A stretch of DNA of 64,000 nt from Eledone cirrhosa (GCA_964016885.1 OZ024743.1:29140001-29204000); one strand, 5' to 3'. Positions 27,476 through 41,700 are shown, counted from the first letter of the stretch. Notes: generated by a model not told the origin, from the sequence alone. Numbers and translations: made by a program.

Positions 27476-28140
27476 AGGAGGACATGATATGAAGGCTAAA
27501 AAACACTTGTGGATAGTTCAGTTTTAGATCAACATATGAGAAGTAGTTTTAGATTGATGTGTGATATTGGGAAAAATATTTTATTTAGAGGGGGGAAGGA
27601 TGAAAAAAAGAGGAGGCGATGAGAGTGAAGGTGGAGAGGGAGGAGTATAGTGAGGAAGGATGAGATAGGAGGAGAGATGGGTGATAGAGAGAGAGAGATA
27701 GTTTTTATAACTGAGAAAGATATATTGTTTTAGATAGAGAGGTTGAAAACCGTTGGAAGATAATGTATAAATTAAAAGAATTTGAAAATTAACGAAGAGA
27801 AAAATATGTGCGAAGAAAGAGAAGGAGTTAATATGTATTGAGAATAATGAGTTAGATGATAGAAAATTTTATGGTGTGTTTGTTAAATATTTTACTATAG
27901 ATATGTGAGGGAGGGAAGCATTTATTTAAGGCATTAAAGAATAATTTAGGAATATTGTTATTAATAGAGATGGAGAAAGGAGCATTATACCAGATTATGT
28001 TTTTGTATCTAGGTCTTTTATTAAAGTTATTGGAATGATCATGATTAATTATTCTACTGTAAGTTCTTCTAGAATTTGTTTCTTTACTATATTTGATTTT
28101 ATCAGGATAGCCGGCTTTAGAAAGCGCGTTATTATAGTAA

Positions 28141-28986
28141 TTGGCGTTAGCATCAAAGATGTTTTTATTAGAAGATAAATTATTCTTTAATGCCTTAAAT
28201 AAATGCTTCCCTCCCTCACATATCTATAGTAAAATATTTAACAAACACACCATAAAATTTTCTTATTCTACATCCTCCAACATTTCCAACATTATCTCTA
28301 AACACAACAATAAAATACTAAATACTAAATCTCTTCCTTCCAACACTGAATTTCATAATAATAGTACTCCCGACGTCATTGTAAACCCTAGGCTAATTTC
28401 TACAAACCCAAATACAACGTCAAACACAACTTCGCTAAATGTTCATAATTCCACTCTAAATCAAGAAACTATTATTCCTATCGCAAACAACTTCTCCAAT
28501 CCAATTCCTTCTATAGATAACACTAGGTCACTCATTAATAATCTCTCTAATTGCAATTGCAATTGCCCTATTAAAAATAAATGTCCTCTCAACAACCATT
28601 GTCTTGATAAAAACTTAATTTACGAATGTAAAGTTATAACTGACACCAATTCCTTCACCTATTTTGGCTCCACTTCCACCTCTTTTAAAGCTCGTCTTTA
28701 TAACCATCATTCGTCTTTTAAATACAAACTTAAAAGAACCAACACGGCTCTCTCAGGACTCATATGGTCCTTGAAAGACAAAAACATTAAATATAGCATC
28801 TTTTGGAAGAAGGTTTCTTCTGCGTCTGCATACTTGAACAGTTCTCTATCTAAAATCTGCAATCTCTGTCTAAATGAAAAATTTACCATTATCTCTAATC
28901 TAGATTCTATAATAAATAGACGCACTGACTTGTTTTCTATCTGCTTGCATAAATTCCATAAAACATTTCACAAAATATACAGCTAA
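28141..28986 (+). CDS. Naiad GIY-YIG endonuclease domain (intact frame; first ~12 aa come from the inversion junction)
   Basis: KLFFNALNKCFP...IFNKHTIKFSYS...HN, CNC...CPLNNHCL, LIYECKV...YFGST..SFKARLYNH..SF, TALS..IWSLK, CNLCLNEK, INRRTDLFSICLH. Clearly homologous to 2986-3662. Confidence 0.85.
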   Translation: MALASKMFLLEDKLFFNALNKCFPPSHIYSKIFNKHTIKFSYSTSSNISNIISKHNNKILNTKSLPSNTEFHNNSTPDVIVNPRLISTNPNTTSNTTSLNVHNSTLNQETIIPIANNFSNPIPSIDNTRSLINNLSNCNCNCPIKNKCPLNNHCLDKNLIYECKVITDTNSFTYFGSTSTSFKARLYNHHSSFKYKLKRTNTALSGLIWSLKDKNIKYSIFWKKVSSASAYLNSSLSKICNLCLNEKFTIISNLDSIINRRTDLFSICLHKFHKTFHKIYS

Positions 28987-29949
28987 TATTCAGTTCTTTA
29001 TCAATTTAGAATCTTTTTCTCAAAGGCACATATATATACACTTCTTTTAAAAATATACCCATCTTTCTACCTTATTTCAAAGGTTATTATACATTCTATA
29101 ATACTTGTTTACTCATTACTCTTACTCTATATCACCTTGTAAAATCCTTCGTAAACATATACATTTTTTTTGACGCTAGATTATTCATCCTCAATTCATT
29201 ATTCTTTTCTCCCTATCATCTAACTCATTATTATCAATAAATATTAACATTTTCTTTTTCTTCGCACATATTATCAAATCCTTCAATATACAAACCTTAA
29301 CTTTACATTATTTTTCTCTTCGTTAATTTTCAAATTTCTATAATACTTGTTGACTCTTTCTACATCACCCATATTTATCACTTCCTTTTCTTCTCTTCTA
29401 ATATCTAACCCCTAATCTGTACCTTTTCTCACTCTTGCCTAACATAGAATCAATTATAATACAACACATTCTTACTCTATATCACCTTATAAAAATCCTT
29501 CGTAAACATATACATTTTTTTGACGTTAGAATATTCATCCGCAATTCATTATTCTTTTCTCCCTATCATCTAACTCATTATTCTCAATACATATTAACTC
29601 CTTCTCTTTCTTCGCACATATTTTTCTCTTCGTTAATTTTCAAATTCTTTTAATTTATACATTATCTTCCAACGGTTTTCAACCTCTCTATGTAAAACAA
29701 TATATCTTTCTCAGTTATAAAAACTATCTCTCTCTCTCTATCACCCATCTCTCCTCCTATCTCATCCTTCCTCACTATACTCCTCCCTCTCCACCTTCAC
29801 TCTCATCTCCTCCTCTTTTTTTCATCCCCCCCCCCTCTAAATAAAATATTTTTCCCAATATCACACATCAATCTAAAACTACTTCTCATATGTTGATCTA
29901 AAACTGAACTATCCACAAGTGTTTTTTAGCCTTCATATCATGTCCTCCT

Positions 29950-30018
29950 GTTTTATCTGATGAAAACACAAATATTATTGCATGATGATATTTGTTTTTG
30001 AAATGCGCATAATAAAAT
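29950..30018 (+). ncRNA. Hammerhead ribozyme
   Basis: gttttat CTGATGA aaacacaaatat-tattgcatgatg-atatttgttttt GAAA tgcgca TA ataaaat. Palindromic TGCGCA stem III. Confidence 0.85.
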
Positions 30019-30142
30019 ACATGGAACTCCTTTAACCATCTTTTGTTCTTATATATTATGTATACTCCAGTCCTACAAACTGTAGAGTGCTTCTTATCCG
30101 ATATCTGCATTGCTTTATTGTACTACAATAAAACTCACCTCC

Positions 30143-30237
<95 letters not shown>

Positions 30238-31309
30238 CTGCAGTCACGCATACATATATATATATAATCTTATGAAAACGTTACAATATGGATGCAAAAG
30301 ACAATGGTTGTTACAACAAATGATTTATAACGTATATAGCATGGTAGTATAAAACGTGAACATTTTTTTATATCACCATATGCCCTTGAGGTGACCTTCA
30401 AAAAGCATCCTTTTGTATAATTAAATATAACTATATTTTTTTCTTGATTTTGAGTATACAAACAAAAATTATATATATGTCTCTTTGTCCTGAAATAGCC
30501 AGAAGATGTTTACAATATAATCTTTAACAACTTTCAGAACAAGCCTCTTTTTTCCTATTTTCTCCCTTTCTTTTTTAAGCAACTAACTTTGATAAGTGTT
30601 TGGCAGACAGATTTTTTTTTAAAATTTTTTACCATCTTACTTTGGTCCATTAAAACTCAAAACAAAAGAAAACAATTTCTCATTTAATTGTGACGTTTTG
30701 TATCTCTGGTACTAAGCAATAAGTTACTCATGAAAATGTCAGTATTCAACTTCTGATCGAACTGGATTAACACAATTTTCTTAGTCATTTATTTAGCGAA
30801 AGAATGTAATTACATTGTTTTTCAGGAACTACGAAAACAAAGACAATTTTAAAGGTTTCTAGAAAATTCGAAATTAGACTGAAATTAAAGATATAGAAAC
30901 AGCAATTTGAAACAGAAATAGTTTCTGGTCTTAAATGAATTATCTATCATATAACTGTGACCTCCTGAACTATACATAAGTATATAATAGAGCCTTACCT
31001 CAACTCACCAAAAATGGTGAAGAACTACTGACAAATTTGCTTTCTTCCCTTTTAGCACCTCTATTAATATTCCATGCCAAGAAATAACTTCTAACATCTT
31101 AAAAAACTACTTCATTTGCATCATATGTCAAACGTGATACTTTTGACTTCCCAACACACCTCATGTGGGATCCCATTTACTCATAATAGTGAGAGATTGG
31201 AAGAGCGGAGAGACAAAGGTAGTGACAGTGGGAGTTTGGTTCCGTTGTGTTCGGACCGGGTGTATATCATCATCCACATGTATCATACACTCTCGTCTAT
31301 ATGAATAAT

Positions 31310-31492
31310 TATTTCTACTTTAGGTAGAATGCCTCTAATTACCCTAGTACATTACTGGTGCTTTATTTTATCGACCCCGTAAGGATGAAAGGCGAAGTTA
31401 ATTTCGGCGGGATTTGAACTCGGACCGCAAAGGGACGTAACACTATGCTGCAAAGCATGGTGTCAGACCCTCTACCTATACTACCAATCAAC
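31310..31492 (-). mobile_element. Family A SINE
   Basis: Reverse complement of the full family A consensus. Confidence 0.82.
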
Positions 31493-32275
31493 CAATGAAT
31501 GTAGACCACAAGGTTGTATTGAGTTTAGCATAATCAGTTCTGAAGCAATTTTATGAACGTGACTGTTCTCTTCTCCTAGAAGGTTACACGTTAGTTTAGA
31601 ATTATCAAAAATGTTTCTTTTCTAAGTCCCACATTTCTTCTATAGCTATTGTAGAGACACATTCAAGTTTGTCTCTGTAATTTTATATAAATTACAGAAT
31701 TGCAATTATTACATTACTACTATAACGGATGAAGGCACTTTGACCTCCTCTTGGAAAACTGTTTTGAAACAGTCTGTTCACAATGAAGTCTATTTGTATT
31801 AATACAGGAGAAAAAAAAATAGATAAGTTTCTCACTCCGGTGAGTGCTATTCAGTAGGAATAGCACAGACAGACTTTTTCTGTGTCATTAACTTGAAATT
31901 CCCATAGAAGATCTTTTGTAGATATGTTTTTTTCATAATTAAAAATATGAAAAGTAAAGCTATCGAATAGCTTTTTTATCGTTAATTTGAATATAAATAA
32001 TTTCTTTTCCCTCTTTCAATGTATATCGTTTTAAATACACATAGTATAAAATGCCGAAGACATGTCGTGCCTCACTATGACATCCCTACATAATCAATAG
32101 GAATTACTGGTTCATACATATATACAAACAGGAAGATAGTTCAGTTTCACCTTATGTGGACGGGGAGACAAATATTTGCCAACCTAATTGAAAATTGTTC
32201 AATGCATTGAATTTTTCCTTTAGTTTCCTAATATTAAATTTTGTGAGCCCTACTTAGTCAAAACAATTGTAAGAC
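31410..32275 (+). repeat. Local duplication, copy 1 (~870 bp)
   Basis: Near-identical to 33326-34170 from GGATTTGAACTC to AAAACAATTGTAAGAC. Confidence 0.92.
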
Positions 32276-33325
32276 AAGTGGTTGCATTCGAAATGTATCT
32301 CTAAAAAAGAAAAAAAACAAAAACAATTTATATGCAACCAGGCGCAATATTGCTTCGACTCATTGCAAATCTTTCAGGTGTGATTAAATACAATTTCCTC
32401 CGATTCGATTATACATATGAAATCAAAATCAAATGTTATTGCTTTAATATATTAGCTTAAACGAAATGAGTCTGCTAGACATGAAACATTGTCATGTTTA
32501 TTGGCTGTGATTGCACATCATGATCGTCGTCGTCGTCGTCATTAGTACTGAAGCAGGCCTACTGTCCTCCCAGACAGACCGGGAATCTGCATCTCTCATA
32601 TATACAGCCCTACGCTCTACAGAGTGCACTTTACCGTGGCTCCAGCACTAGGGAAGTTGTCATGTCTTTGGCACAAATGAAAATTTCTCCTAATTCTTTG
32701 TTTGGAAAACCTACTGATGGATGTCCTTTCTCGTACGAACCACTTTGTAGTGTGTATTGGGTGCGCGTTTATCGTTTAGATCACCAACACTGGAGAGGTT
32801 GTTGCACCGTTGACGCAAATGATGCATCCCTCAACCCTTTTGGCGTGGTGCCTACTGTGGGGTACTCATTCTATCTTATAGAATGTACTGGGTGCCTTTT
32901 CATGGCTCCAACACTAAAGAGTTTGTTGGTTATTGTCCCAACTGAAGAGATCTTTCTGCTCTGCATGGGTAGCGAAGGTGAGGAGAAATGGGGATAATCC
33001 TGAAGTTATGGTTGTATGCTAAATGTGACGTTATTTGACAGGGTGATGAGTAAGGGTATGGAGGATGTGATCTCTGATAGTGTAGGGGATGTAGTGATTA
33101 TGAGAATAGCCAATGAATAGTAGTGCGGGGGGAATGGTCGGGTGGAATGCATATGGGTGCGGGAGAGTAGCTACTAGGTTTCGAAAGAGAGGTTATCTAA
33201 GGACTTTAGAGGAGTTATAGCTAAAAGTGATAGCGAGGAGAACATGGGGGTAGGTTGCACAATGAGGAGAGAAAAGCTACCATAGTGCAATAGAGAGGGT
33301 ATTAAAGGCAAAGTTAACCTATGTA

Positions 33326-34170
33326 GGATTTGAACTCAGACCGCAAAGGGACGTAACACTATGCTGCAAAGCATGGTGTCAGACCCTCTACCTATACTGC
33401 CAATCCACCAATGAATGTAGACCACCAGGTTGTATTGAGACAATTTTATGAAGGTGACTGTTCCCTTCTCCTAGAAGGTTACACGTTAGTTTAGAATTAT
33501 CAAAAATGTTTCTTTTCTAAGTCCCACATTTCTTCTATAGCTATTGTAGAGACACATTCAAGTTTGTCTCTGTAATTTTATATAAATTACAGAATTGCAA
33601 TTATTACATTACTACTATAACGGATGAAGGCACTTTGACCTCCTCTTGGAAAACTGTTTTGAAACAGTCTGTTCACAATGAAGTCTATTTGTATTAATAC
33701 AGGAGAAAAAAAAATAGATAAGTTTCTCACTCCGGTGAGTGCTATTCAGTAGGAATAGCACAGACAGACATTTTCTGTGCCATTAACTTGAAATTCCCAT
33801 AGAAGATCATTTGTAGATATGTTTTTTTCATAATTAAAAATATGAAAAGTAAAGCTATCGAATAGCTTTTTTATCGTTAATTTGAATATAAATAATTTCT
33901 TTTCCCTCTTTCAATGTATATCGTTTTAAATACACATAGTATAAAATGCCGAAGACATGTCGTGCCTCACTATGACATCCCTACATAATCAATAGGAATT
34001 ACTGGTTCATACATATATACAAACAGGAAGATAGTTCAGTTTCACCTTATGTGGACGGGGAGACAAATATTTGCCAACCTAATTGAAAATTGTTCAATGC
34101 ATTGAATTTTTCCTTTAGTTTCCTAATATTAAATTTTGTGAGCCCTACTTAGTCAAAACAATTGTAAGAC
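33326..34170 (+). repeat. Local duplication, copy 2
   Basis: Matches 31410-32275 apart from a ~20-bp deletion near 33440 and a few substitutions. Confidence 0.92.
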
Positions 34171-34770
34171 TAGATAGTAAGGAATAGCTAAGAAGTGATA
34201 CTGGAGAGTGCATGGATCGGGTGGGATGTGGGTGAGCAGTGAGGTTGAGGATAGTTACTAGGGAGTGATAGTGGAAGGTGTGTGTGCATGGTGGGGTACG
34301 GGCATGAGTCAGATCACATTCATGTTGTCTCTCTTGTGAGACTTAGCTTTTTAATGTCAATCTCCCCAATCATAAATTATTTGATTTATGTCAAAAATAT
34401 TAATGATAGTAGAATGACATCCAAATTAACAATACGCGATACAAAATGTTCAGAATTTATCTGAGGTAGGATCGGCGTTCATTTTGAGGATGAATACGAT
34501 AAAGACTATGAAGATAGATATTTTATTTTATTACTTAAATGAATCAAATGAGTTTATGTACCATCCCAATTATTCTTAAGGTGGTAAATTACCAGAGTCA
34601 TTCGAACGTCGGATAGAATGCTTTGTAGTTTTCGTACCAGCGATCTGCTCTCTGAGTTCAAATACCGCAGAGGTCAATTTTAACTTTCACACTTTTAAAG
34701 TTGATGAAAATCTACCAGTCCAGTACTGAGGTCGATTGTTTCTCTATATCTCTCCTCTCACTCAATTTCA

Positions 34771-34855
<85 letters not shown>

Positions 34856-35944
34856 CTCTCTCTCTCACTCTCTCCTCCTCCTACTCTGGGTGAAATCGGT
34901 TGAGTTTAGACCTGGAGAGGGATGAGCGAGGTCAGGTTAAAAATGGGATGGCTAACATTTATTTTGATAAGACATAATATAGAGTTATATCTAAATATAT
35001 TGGTCTGTTGTAATGAGATAAATGGGATATTCAAAGTATAACAAAAGTTGAAAAAGCTGAATTAATGAGTTGAAAATAGATATAAAGAAACTTATAATGT
35101 TTGTTATAGATATTGGTTGGAATAATTGATGATGTATATCAACAGCTTAAAGCTAAAATTCTTTCAATTATTCCAATTAGATATATACAGCACAAACTTC
35201 AGTTAGCAGAGTCTCAAGGCTTTTGGTGACTGTCTGTTAAACTTTAAAATTGCTTATATTCAAAGCGCATAAATATTTTTCTCTCATCATTAAGAATGAT
35301 GGCTTGTAAAATGCTATATCAGTTAATTAATGCTAGAAAAAACTATTACATTTTTTATAAACTGCAAAATTAGGTAGTTATATATGGAACCAGCTGTAGG
35401 AGTTATACAATCCAATGGATTTAGTTAATGACATAATTTGAAATTATAAGAAATACTGATAAGGGTTGTACTGCTGAGAGAGCAAAAGATAAAGTCAAGT
35501 AATAGACAGGTAAGTTGTTTTTCGATACCAAAAAATGAAAACCAAAATTGACACCGGGATTTGAACTCAGAGCGTAGAGAGCTGGAAAAATACAGCAACG
35601 AATTTTATCCGATGTTCTAAAATTACATTTAGCAAAACAACCTGGTCATATTCTCTTTTGCTCTGCAATATCTCACCCTTCTTTTAACATATGTTTTCTG
35701 TATATTTACTAATACTTCATTGGTAAATAGGCAGGCTTGTAGAATCGGTTGCTTGCGGTATTTAAACATTGACACCATGTTATCAACTGAACAACTGGAC
35801 ATATATAGAAAACACTGATTTCATTACTGCATTAGGGCTTGATGAACACAACCACAGGGATATGATCCGAACGTAGAAGAGCCGAAATCCCACTGTCATT
35901 GCTTCCATCTCTCTCACCCTCCCCATCTCTCCGTATGGTGAGCA

Positions 35945-36020
35945 AATGGGGTCCCATGTGCTGGCCTCCCCACAGCCCCGGCGGGCAGAATCGAGAAGGC
36001 GTTTACCCGGAGGATATAAC
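35945..36020 (-). mobile_element. Small CRE-clade retrotransposon 3' fragment
   Basis: Minus strand ATCCTCCGGGTAAACGCCTTCTCGATTCTGCCCGCCGGGGCTGTGGG (ILRVNAFSILPAGAVG) matches 53484-53530 (VLRGNGFSIVSAGAVG). Confidence 0.6.
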
Positions 36021-37368
36021 TTCGATTTATGTCTTGTGTTCAAACGACATTGATTGTGACTTTCACGAGCAAATGAGGCAGACTTTAAATAGTTACCTGA
36101 TTTGTTAGAAATAGCTGTCAATTCTCATTCAAATCGCACACTGCGATCTTAAAAAATGACATTTGACTAGGTGGTCTGTGAAGTATGTAAATATGGGATG
36201 GTGGTATGGGATAAACAACACAAAATATTAGCTCCACCGTCGTTGCCGTCATCGCCACCCCTACCACCATCTTCAACAACAACATCAACAACAACAATAG
36301 CAGCATCATAATGTTTAATGGTCATTAGAAGTAAGTTATCAAAACTAGAATAAAATGTAACCTTATAAGACTAAAATATCTATTAGAAGAAGAAGGAAGA
36401 CAAATTCAAGTGATACAAATCTAGTATCTGGGGTGATTTTCTTCCGCATCTATTCATTTTTCTATAAGTAGCAGTCGATAACATTAAAGGTCTCTTGTAC
36501 TCGACATAGTCCTTCTACTTCTGCAATTGGTCTTCTATCCGTAACGCGGCTTGCAGTTTCGCTAAATCTGTCCATTTATGTACTAAACGCATCCTCATTT
36601 ACCTAACAAATCTCTGTCTTACGGCAATCTCCTCCAACACGACAAGGTTCAATAGCCAAATGTTTGAGATAAAAAAATTCGTCGTGTTACATTTGATCTT
36701 CGTTTCAAAGCATATACATCCATCATTGATGTCTTTTTTAATGTAAAATGCTATCAGCTGAGAAAGTGCGCGCTCTTGCAATTAGACGTTCAATATTCAT
36801 TCTTTGTGGAAATGCATAGCATAAAAGAGGGTACTATCCAGCGTTTATTTCTTCTGTTAGAGTTTTTGTTATTGTTCAGTCTTCAATGCTATAGAAAAAG
36901 GTTGTTCCAGTGCAAACTTTGAAAAGAGACCTTTTAAATTTGTCACTGGTTGAACAATTTCGAATAAAATATATTTTGTTCACTCGTGTCATGCTAATTG
37001 GAGTATTTATCTGAAAGCATTTCTACTCTTAGCCATTTTCACATAACAAAAATCTGTAACTAAAAAAAGCTGGATATATGATTTTGTGGTTGAGGTTACC
37101 CAACAAAAACTACCGTGAAACTAACAACTGTGGCTCAGTGTAGTAGTTCGACCTGTTCGAAATAGCAGCTATGCCCACCCCATCATACAGCATCGTCTTA
37201 AAAGAAACATACATTGAATCTTGTCTGATTTAGCTCTGTAACTACAATGAAGCCTCTACACGGCCACTCAGCTTGTTAAATATAACAATCTAATAATCCT
37301 CTCTTACTATTTTAACAAAGGAAGGACACATTTAGTACGACAGTTGCCGATATCTATATATCTATATA

Positions 37369-37446
<78 letters not shown>

Positions 37447-37450
<4 letters not shown>

Positions 37451-37747
37451 GAGCACCAATCCTAAACCCTAATTTTTGCTGGACCGGCAATCGCTCTGTA
37501 TAATCAGCTCCTGATTATTACTGGAATTCTATAAGAACCCAGCTTCTATAATTTTCGGTGAAGGCAGGGGAGTACGTGACTCAGATGAACGCCAACCACC
37601 GTGAAACAGACTGTCAGCTTCTCTCCCTTCTTTCGCCGAAAAAGATGTAAATGACATAGTCACTACTTTAAAAATGATAGCGTATGGTCTTCTAAATGTT
37701 TTTAATTAAACATACGGTATATTGCCAAATATACTATACATACATTC

Positions 37748-37750
<3 letters not shown>
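37447..37750 (+). mobile_element. TA-flanked repeat family with degenerate hammerhead (reverse-orientation relatives at 62381-62720 and 39618-39785)
   Basis: Shared ATTACTGGAATTCTATAAGAA.CCAGCTT, AGTCACTACTTTAAAA and CAGAGCACCAAT. ~37578-37618 reads ct cAGATGA acg-ccaaccac-cgt GAAA cag-a-ctg TC ag. Confidence 0.55.
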
Positions 37751-38065
<315 letters not shown>

Positions 38066-38289
38066 CGTGCGTGCGTGTGTGTAAGTAAATAGAAAATAAA
38101 ATAAGATTTCGTGTCGTGAGGGAAACGCCTTTGGTTATTGGTCTGTTTGGTCACTGCAGACATGTGTGGCTAAACAACAAAAACATGTAGGACCAAATAG
38201 GAAGATATTCGGTAGTATCTATCGGTTGGAAGCTAAAAATATAATTTCTTTTCTTGATGCTGTAAGCTGTTTTCTTCTTATTACATATC

Positions 38290-38630
38290 TTTGTATGTAT
38301 GGACCCGTAACTCCTTTAGAAGTCGTAGGGACGCCCTTGTGACGTACAGTATTGGGTACTTTAAACCTGGCGGAGACAACATCCTTTGTCCACGTCTTAA
38401 CACAGCCGATTCCTTCCAGAGAAGGAGTGAGAAAGAGGATGTGAGAAAGTGATACAGAGGAAAAATGGACCCCAGTTATAGACTGGTAAATTTTTATCGA
38501 TGTCGATGGGATGAAAGGCAAAGCTGACCTCGGTAGGTTTTAAACTCAAAGCATAGAGAGCCGGAGCGTGAGAGCTGGAACGAATATTGCAAAGCATTCT
38601 ATCCGACGTTCTAACAACTCTGTCAATTTT
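38290..38630 (-). mobile_element. Family A-related SINE with extended 3' module
   Basis: Reverse-complement match to 55850-56190, including the module CCAGGTTTAAA...CCCTACGA...ACGGGTCCATACATAC. Confidence 0.65.
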
Positions 38631-38659
38631 CATATCATTAATGCATGTTAATATAGTAA

Positions 38660-39035
38660 TAAGAACACTCCCACAAGAGAGTACTAAGAAACATGATTTA
38701 GAAAATAGCACAGTGAAGAGCATCCAGCAGATAGCTAACTCCATACAGCAGAGTAGAACTGTAACTGTTGACTACCCTTGCAAACACCCTAACAATAGAC
38801 TACCAGTATTAGACACGGAACTCTGGATTAATACTTTAGACGAGATGGCCCAAATTCTCCACTCACACTATGCTAAACCCATGGCCTCCAAATACCTTAC
38901 ACTCAAAAACTCAGCAATGTCCAATAGTGTTTAATATTCTGATCGCAGACTTGGTAAGAGTGATGAAGAATGTGTCCCACATGTGCGACCCAAATGAAAA
39001 GGAAAGACACATCCAACATTTCATCAACCGAATGC
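38660..39035 (+). pseudogene. PLE RT palm-end/thumb fragment of a non-Naiad clade (Nematis-like)
   Basis: IQQIANSI...VTVDYPCKHPNNRLPVLDTELW...ILHSHYAKPMAS..L...SAMS, frameshift, then NILIADLVRVMKNVS...HIQHFINRM. Clade label is by recall. Confidence 0.7.
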
Positions 39036-40055
39036 ATGTTATAAAATTGTTAAAAGCATAAATTGTCTTCAACAATACGTTAACCAATTCGCATCATACA
39101 TAATCAAGACAAAATATTTTAATTCGGCGTGTTGCAATTCAACTTTATTACCTGAGCCAATTTCTATAGCATGCTGTAACGATTACTTAGTAGTTAAAAT
39201 ATTGTTATTCAGCTGTCATTGAGCTGTCTTTTCGCTAACAACATGACTTGCGGTTAAATATTCTATGTTAAGTAACTTATGTGAAAGCATTGGTTGTTAT
39301 CAAACAGAAATATTTGATGCATATGTAAAATGGACGCATATATAATGCACGCTGTTCATTGTTGTTAATATTTAGTCAAATGTCAGGCATTGTGGAACTA
39401 ATTCGTTCTTTTAAGACTGTACGATGTGATTTGAAGAAGATTCCGCATCTATTTCTAATAGTTAAAGAGATCACGTACATTCTTTCTCATTATTCGTAAA
39501 CTACTGATGAAAATATGAAAATGTCTACAAGAAGTGATAATTGTAAAGCACAGTATATTGTTATGTAAATAAATTAGATAATGTATTAATGTATTGAACC
39601 TGGGTTATATATATATATTAGTATTGGTGCTCTGAAATAGCGATATATATATATGAATGTACGTATAGTATATTTGATAATATACTGTATGTTTACTTAA
39701 AAATATTTTGAAAACTATTCGCTATGAGTTTTAAAGTAAGTGACTACGTCACTTACTTATTCTCGACAAAAGCAAAGAGAAGTAATATATATATATGTGT
39801 GTGTGTGTGTACCTTAATGTATGCGTGTCAGTGCATTTGCATGCGCGTGTGTATATGTGTAACTGTGCGTGCGCGTATATGCATGTAATTGTATGCATCA
39901 GGGTACTGGAGGCTGTGTTAGATAGTTGATATTTCTACAAATCTGACTTTAAAATGTCTGGAAATATCAATACCTTACATATGATACGGTGAGTGATTGG
40001 CAGGTCAATGGAAATTGTATGAATTTTTCTTAGTGATATATCTCATGAAAAGAAG

Positions 40056-40152
<97 letters not shown>

Positions 40153-41098
40153 GGGAAAAGAAAAGACATAGAGATTAATAAAAAAAAGATAGGAAGAGAA
40201 GAGTAGGAAGGTTTGTAACAAGACCGAACAAGTAAGTCAATTATTTGGTAAGTTATATATTCATAAATGTGGTAGTATGAAAAATAACGATGGACATGCT
40301 CTACAAAAAAAAAAAAAAAATGGTAAAATCTGTAGACATTTAATTTCACAATACAAGAAATTTTAATTCTTCTCATGCTGGAGAGAAGTAATTAGAAAAT
40401 GATTTAGATTTTCCAGGAGCTTAAATATCACTCAAGTATACTTGTCTTATAATTTGAGGTCCCATTCGTTGATGGCTGAGCATGAGTTGGTATATGCATT
40501 TGGAAAGTTTTTCTACATGACGCAGTCCCAGACAAAGCTTTTTTGTAAGACCGGGAATCAATCACTCTGCATACAAACCTCTACATACGCCATTAAAACA
40601 GTCACAGAAAAAAAGCAAAGGTCAATATAGTTTGAAACCAGCAACATCACAGACCAACTCAGAAGACAAACGACTGTAAGGCATCTGTGAGAATTAAAAA
40701 AAAGAATCTGCTAATCCATCACCCTGGACTGGTACCTTATTTCTCGACACCGAAAAGATTAAAGGCAAAGTTGAGTATTGCGGGATTTGAAATATAAGCC
40801 GAGAGATCCGGAACAAATACTTCGGGGAATTGAACTGACTCTCTTATGACTTTCGTAAATCACCGGCTCCTTACTATGTATAGACAACAACAAATAATAG
40901 AACAAAACAAAAAGAAAATAGTGAAAAGCTTGAAATGAATCGATATCTGAAGCCAAACCCGCTAGAAGCTGTCTTCAGTATTTTTTTCTGTTTATACATT
41001 GTACCTATCTGTACAATACCCATTAGAACCTGATGTGTTGCATGTTATACTGTGTGAATGTAAGTGTGTATAGGTGTATAAATATACAAATACATATA

Positions 41099-41164
<66 letters not shown>

Positions 41165-41218
41165 GTGGGTGTGAGCATGCATGTATATATATATATGTAT
41201 ATAAATATATGCACATAC

Positions 41219-41249
<31 letters not shown>

Positions 41250-41329
41250 TGTGTGTGTGTGTGTATGTGCGTGCGTGCGTTCGTGTGTGTTTGTGAAATG
41301 AATTGCTTTTTCTTCACATTAGTGAGTCC

Positions 41330-41700
41330 AACTTTGAGGCGACGGCTTGACGACGTCCCATTTCACGTTGATGCCGCTTTTAACCGAATATTTTATTTTC
41401 GTTATTTATGCTGATCTCTTCAACAAATACAATTGTCCTTTTCGTTCCCAACTTACACGGCACTTTCTTATAATTACTTCGTATGTTCTCGGCGCCATCA
41501 GAGATTTCTTCATGTTCAAAATGCAACGTGCTAATGGTAAAGAATACAAATATTGGCTACACTGCTGTTTAGATGGCACCTATTATATTTAGACTGGTGA
41601 ATGTGGTTGTTTGCACAGCCGCATCTTAACTAAACTTTCCTCTACTGCAATTTCTTTCGTTTCATCAGGAAACGTTTGACAGGTTATCACATTCATTGTT
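41330..41700 (-). pseudogene. Possible degraded hAT transposase
   Basis: Minus-strand peptides FPDETKEIAVEESLVKMRL and SDGAENIRSNYKKVPCKL resemble the hAT DETxD...EQL..R and DGA.NM.G motifs in order. Confidence 0.4.

Larger units (their letters stand above)
27374..30145 (+). mobile_element. 5'-truncated, 5'-inverted Naiad PLE in (TA)n
   Basis: 27374-~27862 is the reverse complement of ~29562-30052. 27863-28175 encodes the RT thumb/linker on the minus strand (SSNKNIFD...KAGYPD...IIWYNAPFS...HTIKF). 28177-28986 encodes linker plus GIY-YIG on the plus strand. Tail 30053-30145. Confidence 0.88.

Noticed and set aside
36420-37000. Possible hAT/Charlie transposase relic (SQLIAFY...INDGCICF)
   Set aside because: Similarity too weak without a profile search.
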